From positions 67,866 to 131,865 of the forward strand of contig JAGAMF010000002.1 in assembly GCA_017624855.1 (NCBI GenBank): a DNA stretch of 64,000 nucleotides, given 5' to 3'. Positions 57,228 through 64,000 of this stretch are shown in pieces; the first letter of the stretch is position 1, and each line of letters starts with the position of its first letter. Source of the DNA: Lachnospiraceae bacterium. Lineage in GTDB: Bacteria > Bacillota > Clostridia > Lachnospirales > Lachnospiraceae. The notes under the pieces are model-generated. The model ran no database searches. It saw nothing but the letters and a program-made list of their open reading frames with translations, and was not told where the DNA came from. The translations under genes were made by a program, and so were the position numbers.

Positions 57228-59501
57228 ATGCAATCCAAAAAACTACTCTCCCTTCTTCTGGCATCGGTTATGGCTTTATCCCTATTCGCCTGCAACTCAA
57301 ATGCCGGAGAAGAAGTAATCTCCGAAACCGATTCTCAGGTATCTGAGGAAGTTTCCGAAGATACTTCCGACAGCAATGTTATTGAAGGCTTCGGTAACAA
57401 TTTGGTCGATGGCACAAATGTTATTGACGATCATTTTGACGATAATACCAAAGGTGCATGGGGTGTTTACTCCAACGGCGGAAAATTCGACCTCTATGCC
57501 GAAAACGGTGAACTGGTGGTAGATATTACCTATGCCGGTGGCATGGAACATGCGGTTCAGATTTTCCGTGACGGATACTGCCTGAATATGGGTTGTGTCT
57601 ACACTGTATCTTTTGACATTTATTCCGATATCGAAAGAGATATCGAATGGCGTTTCCAGATTAACGGTGGCGACTACCACGCTTATTACATGGAAAACGA
57701 GAAACGCATCGGTCCCGACAAACAAACCATTACCGCTGAGTTTACCATGGGAGAAGCCAGCGATCCCGCTCCCCGACTTTGCTTTAACTTAGGTGAACAG
57801 GGTGACTTGGACGCTTCTGTGGCACACAAGGTTTATATTGATAATTTTGTTTTGACTATTAAAGATGCATCCAACGCCATGGCATTGGAACCTCTTCCCA
57901 CCCCGGTTCCCGTAAAAGTAAATCAAATCGGTTACAAACCGGATGATGAGAAGATTCTTATCTGCAAATATAATCCTGAAGTTACGGATTATACCATTGT
58001 AGATGCCAATAACAATGTAGTGTATTCCGGTAAACTTTCTACCGATTTTGCCAACTCAAAGTCAGGTGACGGTGCTCAGGTAAAAGGCGATTTCTCAGAT
58101 CTCACCACACCCGGAACTTATAAAGTTGTTGTAGATGGTATTGGTGAATCCTATGAATTTACCATCGGTGATGATATTTATAATGATATCTACAAAGATG
58201 TTGTGCGCATGCTCTATCTCCAGAGATGCGGTTGCGTATTGGATGAATCTCTTGCAGGAGACTTCGCACACGATGCATGTCATATGCAGGAAACCAAAGT
58301 TTATGAAACCGGAGAAGTCATTGATGTAACCGGCGGTTGGCATGATGCCGGAGATTACGGACGATATGTATCTCCCGGTGCTAAAACCGTTATGGACTTA
58401 TTTATTACATATCAGGACAGCGAAGCTGCAAGAGGAGATGATTTGGATATCCCCGAAAGCGGTAACGGTGTTCCCGATCTTCTCGACGAAGCAAGATATG
58501 AATTGGAATGGATGCTTAAAATGCAGGCAGCAAACGGTGGCGTATATCACAAGGTAACAGGAACCAATTTCCCTGAAACCGTAGATGCCATGTCCGAAAC
58601 TGCCCCCTTATATGTAGCTCCTATTTCACCTACCGCTACCGGTGACTTTGCAGCTGTAATGGCAAGAGCTTCTGTTATTTATGCTGAATTTGATGCTGAA
58701 TTTGCAACAGCATGTAAAGAAGCTGCAATAAAAGCTTATGATTATTTGATTAAAAACGAAGAAACCTTAACAGGCTTCGTAAATCCTGAAGAAATCGTAA
58801 CAGGTGAATATCCCGACGGTAAGTTCTACGATGAAATCTTCTGGGCTTCCATGGAACTCTACCTTGCAACCGGCGATACAACCTATTTTGACAAAGCAAA
58901 AGCCGTCTATGCAGAAAACAGTATCTCCGGCTTGGGTTGGGCTGATATCGGATACTACGGAATGTACTCCTACTTAACCGCAGATGAAGCATTACAGACA
59001 GATGCAGAGCTTGCGCAGACATTTATTGATGCCATTGTTGCAGAATGTGATGAAAATATTGCCACAGCAGAAAAAGATGCATATTATATCTGCTTGGAAA
59101 GAAGTTATCCTTGGGGAAGTAATATGACCGTAGCGAACCACGGTATTCTCTATACCATGGCTGCTAAATTTACAGGAGATGAGAAGTATGCTTCCTATGC
59201 TCAGCATCAGCTGAATTACCTGCTTGGTGCTAATCCTTTGGGTTACTGTTATGTTACAGGTTACGGCAGCTGGTCTCCTACCCATACACACCACAGACCC
59301 TCACAGGTTCTCGGTCAAACAATGCCCGGTATGTTGGTTGGCGGCCCCAATACAAATGCTGACGATCCTTATGCTAAGGCAGTATTATCAAGCTCCACAG
59401 GCGGTATGTGTTATGTAGATAACGACAGTTGTTTCTCTACAAACGAAATTACAATCTATTGGAATTCACCTTTGATTTACCTGCTTGCACAGGCAAAATA
59501 A
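57228..59501 (+). CDS. Lipoprotein glycoside hydrolase family 9 (CBM4/9-like, Ig-like and GH9 domains)
   Basis: Lipobox LFAC; CBM4-like module; VKVNQIGY Ig-domain start; GGWHDAGDYG, HHRP, YVDNDSCFSTNEITIYWN catalytic motifs. Confidence 0.92.
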   Translation: MQSKKLLSLLLASVMALSLFACNSNAGEEVISETDSQVSEEVSEDTSDSNVIEGFGNNLVDGTNVIDDHFDDNTKGAWGVYSNGGKFDLYAENGELVVDITYAGGMEHAVQIFRDGYCLNMGCVYTVSFDIYSDIERDIEWRFQINGGDYHAYYMENEKRIGPDKQTITAEFTMGEASDPAPRLCFNLGEQGDLDASVAHKVYIDNFVLTIKDASNAMALEPLPTPVPVKVNQIGYKPDDEKILICKYNPEVTDYTIVDANNNVVYSGKLSTDFANSKSGDGAQVKGDFSDLTTPGTYKVVVDGIGESYEFTIGDDIYNDIYKDVVRMLYLQRCGCVLDESLAGDFAHDACHMQETKVYETGEVIDVTGGWHDAGDYGRYVSPGAKTVMDLFITYQDSEAARGDDLDIPESGNGVPDLLDEARYELEWMLKMQAANGGVYHKVTGTNFPETVDAMSETAPLYVAPISPTATGDFAAVMARASVIYAEFDAEFATACKEAAIKAYDYLIKNEETLTGFVNPEEIVTGEYPDGKFYDEIFWASMELYLATGDTTYFDKAKAVYAENSISGLGWADIGYYGMYSYLTADEALQTDAELAQTFIDAIVAECDENIATAEKDAYYICLERSYPWGSNMTVANHGILYTMAAKFTGDEKYASYAQHQLNYLLGANPLGYCYVTGYGSWSPTHTHHRPSQVLGQTMPGMLVGGPNTNADDPYAKAVLSSSTGGMCYVDNDSCFSTNEITIYWNSPLIYLLAQAK

Positions 59502-59522
59502 CAGAATATTAGAAATGTATGT

Positions 59523-59552
59523 AGAGCGCCGTATGAAAAATGCGGCGCTTTT
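59523..59552 (+). terminator. Intrinsic terminator after GH9
   Basis: AGAGCGCCGTAT-GAAAA-ATGCGGCGCTTTT. Confidence 0.8.
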
Positions 59553-59592
59553 ACTTTACATTGACATATAAAGTAAAATCAGATTTTTATCT

Positions 59593-60165
59593 TTACGCAA
59601 AATCCTGCAGAGGATAAATATCCCACCCCGGATAAAAGGTTCTTACAATGCCCTGGGCAATCGCCCACGCGATTTCCCGGAATCTTGCATCAAAGAGAAT
59701 GTTGTCATCTTCTGTATTGATAAAGCCCACTTCCACCAGTACCGCCGGCATCTGTGTGCGATTTAACACTACAAGATTCGGTCTCTCATTTACGCCTAAA
59801 TTAATAAAACCGATTCTCTCAAGCTCACGGTTAATATTAACCGCCATTTCATAAGCAGGACTCTGATAGTTATAAATCAAGCTTTCAATTCCGCTATACT
59901 GGTTAGGATAAACACTGGAATTACGATGAATGGAAACAAAAAAATCACCGCCCAGAGTATTGGCCTCCTGCGCCTTCCGGTAAGGTGATTCATATACATC
60001 ATCTGTTCTCGTATAGTATACATTAAAGCCTTTATCTTCCAAGATTTCGCCAACCGCAAGGGTTAATGCCAACGCATCATCCTTCTCCCTTCTGCCACCG
60101 TAAACCGCGCCGGGATTCGCTCCGCCGTGACCGGCATCCAAAATAATGGTTTCTGCCATAATCAT
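59593..60165 (-). CDS. N-acetylmuramoyl-L-alanine amidase (Amidase_3), no signal peptide; CwlC-like
   Basis: LDAGHGG, EKDDAL, YTRTDD, VSIHRN, MPAVLVEVGFI. Confidence 0.92.
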   Translation of the reverse strand: MIMAETIILDAGHGGANPGAVYGGRREKDDALALTLAVGEILEDKGFNVYYTRTDDVYESPYRKAQEANTLGGDFFVSIHRNSSVYPNQYSGIESLIYNYQSPAYEMAVNINRELERIGFINLGVNERPNLVVLNRTQMPAVLVEVGFINTEDDNILFDARFREIAWAIAQGIVRTFYPGWDIYPLQDFA

Positions 60166-60185
60166 GCTCCTGATATTCTTTTATT

Positions 60186-60214
60186 TATATTATTCATAAA
60201 AAAACAATCGGTGC
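60186..60214 (-). promoter_or_regulatory. sigmaK-like promoter upstream of the amidase
   Basis: Minus strand (GC)AC-N16-AATAATATA, resembling AC-N16-17-cATAnnnTA. Confidence 0.4.
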
Positions 60215-60241
60215 CAAAACAGAACCTGCGAACAGGCAAAC

Positions 60242-60267
60242 AAAAACCTCCGACAGATGCCGGAGGC
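60242..60267 (-). terminator. Intrinsic terminator after the EAL gene
   Basis: Minus strand GCCTCCGGCA-TC-TGTCGGAGGTTTTT. Confidence 0.7.
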
Positions 60268-60273
60268 TGTTTT

Positions 60274-61590
60274 TTAACATACATATTTACGCTCAAAATC
60301 TTCCACAGGAATAGGCTTATCATATAAAAATCCCTGCATGGAATCACACCCGAATTCATATACGATTCGTTCTTCTTCCTTGGTTTCAATACCTTCACAA
60401 ACGATTTCCAAATCAATTTCATTCAGAATGGAAATCAAACCTTTTATAATATTCTTGCCCTTATTGTTTCCAAGACTGTTCTTAATAAAACCCTTGTCCA
60501 ATTTAATAATATCTACGGGCAATATTCCAATCAGATTCAAAGAAGAATATCCTGCGCCGAAATCATCCACACTGACACGGAATCCCCGCTCTCTCAGTTT
60601 CTCGATTTTGTTAATAATCAACTGCGCTTCTTCAAAGAATACCGACTCTGTTACTTCAAATTCAATATAATCCGGAGAAATATTGTATGTATCAAATTCA
60701 TTAATAATATCCGTCACCAGATTATCATAATAAAAGTGCAATTTGCTTAAATTGATAGACACTCGCTTAGGTTCCTTACCTTCATCAAGCCACTGTCTGA
60801 TTTTAGCAAACACATAACGCATAACATACCAGTCAAGCTCAAGAATCTTACCACTGTTTTCCAGAACGGAAATAAACAAATCCGGAGGAATGATTTTACC
60901 GTCTTCGTCTCTGAGTCGGGTCAATGCTTCCGCACCTACTACGGAATTCTCTTTTACACTGACCTTAGGTTGGAAGTATACTAAAATTGACTTTTCTTCC
61001 AATGCTTTGTCAAAAATAGGAATAATCTTGGCATCCCCTTCTTTGGTCTCGGCAATCTTCTGATTATAGCGGGCACAAGGCACGCTGTAATTACCTTTTA
61101 CGCTTCGACGTGCTACATTGGCCTTATCAATCGAGGACGCTATATTCTCCTGCTTGCTTTCAATGATATGTACGCCGGTATTTAAATGAAGAGACGCCTT
61201 GGGAAAATCATTTTTATGTTCTGCCACAAAATCGTCCTGAATCTTTTTAAGAATTTCTTCAAACTCTTCCCATGTCAGCTGTCCGATATTAAACATGCTG
61301 ACAATATGATCGGAGTACGGACGACAAGCCACCATATAACCGTCCTGCTCAACGCACAATTCAGCCAACTGCTGTATCAGACGATCACCTGCTTCATAAC
61401 CATATAAACGATTAATATATTTGAATTTTGTAATATCTGTTGAAATGATTGCCATTGTATCGTTGGCATCACTCTCTTCAAGCATATGGGTTGCTTCTTT
61501 TAAGAAATCATCAAACAAAAGCAGACCGGTCAATTTATCTCTTTCCATCCTGCCCTCCAAATCAAGCCTCAAAAAGTAGTCTGTGTCCAC
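60274..61590 (-). CDS. c-di-GMP phosphodiesterase: degenerate GGDEF plus intact EAL
   Basis: DKLTGL, FKYINRLYGYEAGD, but the GGDEF position reads PYSDHI; EAL domain FQPK, AEALTR, EVTES, DDFGAGYSS, KLDK, EGIE, QGF. Confidence 0.9.
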   Translation of the reverse strand: MDTDYFLRLDLEGRMERDKLTGLLLFDDFLKEATHMLEESDANDTMAIISTDITKFKYINRLYGYEAGDRLIQQLAELCVEQDGYMVACRPYSDHIVSMFNIGQLTWEEFEEILKKIQDDFVAEHKNDFPKASLHLNTGVHIIESKQENIASSIDKANVARRSVKGNYSVPCARYNQKIAETKEGDAKIIPIFDKALEEKSILVYFQPKVSVKENSVVGAEALTRLRDEDGKIIPPDLFISVLENSGKILELDWYVMRYVFAKIRQWLDEGKEPKRVSINLSKLHFYYDNLVTDIINEFDTYNISPDYIEFEVTESVFFEEAQLIINKIEKLRERGFRVSVDDFGAGYSSLNLIGILPVDIIKLDKGFIKNSLGNNKGKNIIKGLISILNEIDLEIVCEGIETKEEERIVYEFGCDSMQGFLYDKPIPVEDFERKYVC

Positions 61591-61696
61591 GCAAAAACCT
61601 ATTCATAGCATACCACATTCCATTCATACAAGTCTATCGTAAACTTTGACAACCAAAGTAATTTTCTTTGTGCACTTTGCACAATTTTGTTTTTAA

Positions 61697-62389
61697 CTAC
61701 AATAATATTTTAATAAATTTGTCAATATTTGTGATTTTTTTATGAAAAACAACCGCCTGACAATATCCATCATCTTCGGTTTGTAAAATTTTATATTTTG
61801 CAACCGCTTCTCCGGATGCCAACACAATATCATCGGACTTGAAATCTGCATAAAAGTCTCGCAAATCCTGTCCCATCCCCTGACCGGTATACTTAATATA
61901 AGCCTCTTTGCAACACCAAATATCATAAAAAAGCTTTTCACGCTGTACATCATCGGTTAATTCAAATAAAACCTCTTGCTCATTTTTATGATAAAAGCGT
62001 TTTACAATTTTATCTTTATAACCGCACATCTGTTGTACATCAAGCCCAACTTCCGTATCTGACAATGCCACCATAGCCCGCATACCGGAATGAGACAGAC
62101 TGAATTGAACATTAGGATATTCCTTTAAATAAGGCTTACCCTGAGGACCGTATTCGTAAGAAACGCAATACCGTCCCTGCGCATCCTTCACCATTGGATT
62201 TTCTCCGTTTACTTTCAGATAATCCTCCAATGCCTTTTCCAACAGAAGGCCTGCGCCCAAACCGCGAATCTTATCTTCGGGCATTTTATAATTCTTTACC
62301 TTCTCCGCCCGGGATTCATGCAAAGTATTCAGTTTCTCGTCATAATTCTTCGTTAAGCCCTTTAAATCGGCCCAATATATGCAAAGCAT
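61697..62389 (-). CDS. Sfp-type 4'-phosphopantetheinyl transferase
   Basis: YGPQGKPYL, FSLSHSG, VGLDVQ, WCCKEAYIKYTGQG. Confidence 0.9.
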   Translation of the reverse strand: MLCIYWADLKGLTKNYDEKLNTLHESRAEKVKNYKMPEDKIRGLGAGLLLEKALEDYLKVNGENPMVKDAQGRYCVSYEYGPQGKPYLKEYPNVQFSLSHSGMRAMVALSDTEVGLDVQQMCGYKDKIVKRFYHKNEQEVLFELTDDVQREKLFYDIWCCKEAYIKYTGQGMGQDLRDFYADFKSDDIVLASGEAVAKYKILQTEDDGYCQAVVFHKKITNIDKFIKILL

Positions 62390-62398
62390 GTAAATCTC

Positions 62399-63952
62399 CT
62401 ATTGCATGGTGTTAAGAATGTCTGCTGCCGTATTTTTGCCCCCACGATGGTCACTGCCTGTCTTAGCAATGGATTCTTTATATCTGTCATCGCCTTGGAA
62501 AGTAAGATGATAATGCTTATGATCGTCTGTCACATCAAAGCCCATCTTCTTTAATGCCTGCTTCGCACCGCCTTCGCCTAAATCCTTGGTGCCTTTCAGA
62601 ATATCTTTAATTTGATTCTTGCGCTTTTCCATCAGTCTCTCATAGTTATTGGCTTCCATCAAATCGTTAATAATATCGTTTCGACGCTGACGCTTTTTGT
62701 CGTTCTTGCATGCCTCTTCAAGAGTCGCTAAAATCATTTCCTTAATTTCATTGGGATAAAAGTCACTTTCATTACCATAAAAAAGGAGAGGCGACTGCTC
62801 TACAGACTGTAATTTTCTTCGTAAGCCATAATTTTCATTCAATAATCGATCGATTTCATTGCTTAATTCTGCGATTTTATCACGATATTCCGAAATTTCT
62901 TCATCTAATTCTTCATAAACATTCTCTTTTTCGGTTTCAGCCTTTTTTCTTGCTTTCTCGGCCAATTCCTTTTCGTTCTGCGCCTGCTCTCTTTCGCTCT
63001 CAGCCAGCTTACGCTCCTTCACAGCCTGTTCTTTCTCGCTCTGCGCTTTTAAACGCTCGCTTTCTGCCTTTTCACGCTCAGATTCTGCTTTTATGCGTTC
63101 CTGTCGCTGACTGTCCAGTCTGTCCATAAGAAGGGCATTGTTAACGCCCTGCCATGTGTAAAGCCTATCAATCTTTTGAAGATTTGCAGTTTGAATAACA
63201 TTGTTTAATACCTTAACAAAAAGTATATCAGCCTGAGCATACTTATTGGAATATGCAAAAGTAATACTGCCTCCGGCAGCTTTCGAATAATAAACGCCTA
63301 CATTTCCATTCTTTTCATATTTCTTTGAGGCTTTTTCTTCATCGCTTAAATCTTTTTCCACCAAAACATGAGCAGCACCTTTCAAGCGATATGCCAATGT
63401 TTTAACATCAATGGGTTCCTGACCTTCTGTCGTCTTGGAAACATAAACAATGGGGAGACGATACTTTACCTTACCTTCAATCACTTCATCCATGATATGA
63501 TAATTATCCCCATCCAAATAAAGCGGCTCTGCACTCACTTCCAGATTACCGTCATCCTCTACATAGCCGCCTTTAATCAGACAATAGATAAAATAAGGTG
63601 CCGAGAACTCTTTACTGGTCATTAAAGCCTCTTCCGAAAAGCTTCTGTCTAGCAATATAGACATTTTCATATCATTAAAATTCATGACATAGTCTGTATC
63701 CCATACCACTCCGTCATCGCCCACCTTTTCGTAACGAACAGCAATGATGTTTTGGTTACGGTATTCTTTTATATCCAACCACAGTTTATCGTTACCGTAT
63801 CGAACGGTTCTTTCACCATTCCATACGATTCCCGGAATGACATTAATCGAATGTGGACTGTTCTGGTTCCATTCAATCACAAGCTTAATAAATTCATCCT
63901 TGGTCATTTTTTCATTGATTTTTAAAAATGTCGAAAAAATCAGCATATTCAT
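62399..63952 (-). CDS. Hypothetical protein: globular N-terminus, heptad-repeat coiled coil and a C-terminal HicA-like motif
   Basis: 517-aa ORF with RBS AAAGGAG; C-terminus LKKMGFDVTDDHKHYHLTF...IAKTGSDHRGGKN. The function call is tentative. Confidence 0.6.
   Translation of the reverse strand: MNMLIFSTFLKINEKMTKDEFIKLVIEWNQNSPHSINVIPGIVWNGERTVRYGNDKLWLDIKEYRNQNIIAVRYEKVGDDGVVWDTDYVMNFNDMKMSILLDRSFSEEALMTSKEFSAPYFIYCLIKGGYVEDDGNLEVSAEPLYLDGDNYHIMDEVIEGKVKYRLPIVYVSKTTEGQEPIDVKTLAYRLKGAAHVLVEKDLSDEEKASKKYEKNGNVGVYYSKAAGGSITFAYSNKYAQADILFVKVLNNVIQTANLQKIDRLYTWQGVNNALLMDRLDSQRQERIKAESEREKAESERLKAQSEKEQAVKERKLAESEREQAQNEKELAEKARKKAETEKENVYEELDEEISEYRDKIAELSNEIDRLLNENYGLRRKLQSVEQSPLLFYGNESDFYPNEIKEMILATLEEACKNDKKRQRRNDIINDLMEANNYERLMEKRKNQIKDILKGTKDLGEGGAKQALKKMGFDVTDDHKHYHLTFQGDDRYKESIAKTGSDHRGGKNTAADILNTMQ
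62920..63105 (-). repeat. Degenerate 21-nt (7-aa) tandem repeat inside the coiled coil
   Basis: QERIKAE SEREKAE SERLKAQ SEKEQAV KERKLAE SEREQAQ NEKELAE KARKKAE TEKEN. Confidence 0.7.
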
Positions 63953-63968
63953 TCTCCTTTTGGTAAAT

Positions 63969-63995
63969 AATTCCCCCCGTAAAAACGGAGGGAAT
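63969..63995 (-). terminator. Hairpin/terminator upstream of the last gene, probably from a gene beyond the window
   Basis: Minus strand AATTCCCTCCGT-TTTT-ACGGGGGGAATTATTT. Confidence 0.55.
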
Positions 63996-64000
63996 TTTAT

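Noticed and set aside
62920-63105. 21-nt periodic sequence as a CRISPR array
   Set aside because: It is a degenerate in-frame heptad repeat with no repeat-spacer alternation and no cas genes.
189-63625. The many short ORFs antisense to or overlapping long genes (e.g. 1552-2256+, 17262-17930+, 41267-42100+, 51422-52120+)
   Set aside because: They shadow well-supported genes and show no recognisable protein motifs; they are most simply explained by codon bias on the coding strand.

Overview
This is a low-GC Firmicutes chromosomal segment that looks like Lachnospiraceae/Clostridia; the taxonomy is inferred from gene content, SCIFF and sporulation-type promoters. Almost all genes are on the minus strand. 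Housekeeping blocks: the dcw cluster (mraZ-rsmH-ftsL-ftsI-spoVD-mraY-murD-ftsW'), ychF, priA-def-fmt-rsmB-rlmN-stp-pknB-rsgA-rpe, murE, recJ, secDF, the SCIFF ranthipeptide pair scfA/scfB, and a yhaO/yhaN-like DNA-repair pair whose promoter abuts a LexA box. Also present: a GH9 lipoprotein, an amidase, c-di-GMP signalling genes and an Sfp-type PPTase. Four accessory regions stand out. (1) 9.6-18.4 kb: six acidic lipoproteins inserted directly upstream of mraZ, built from shuffled shared domains that include by-eye IseA-like and XAC2610-like peptidoglycan-hydrolase-inhibitor domains; two paralogous promoters drive them, each with a covarying leader hairpin. This is a candidate cell-wall-hydrolase 'immunity/inhibitor' island. 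(2) 20.4-26.0 kb: a soluble 1364-aa protease with a CbbX/SpoVK-type AAA ring, an FtsH-type AAA ring and an M41 peptidase, next to an AT-rich O-antigen-ligase-like gene. (3) A hairpin that hides the spoVD ribosome-binding site (RBS) unless transcription starts at a nested sigmaE-like promoter. (4) A catalytically degenerate sirtuin coupled to a MATE transporter. I saw no rRNA, tRNA, CRISPR array, transposase, integrase or reverse transcriptase. All family assignments come from motif recognition by eye; no searches were run.
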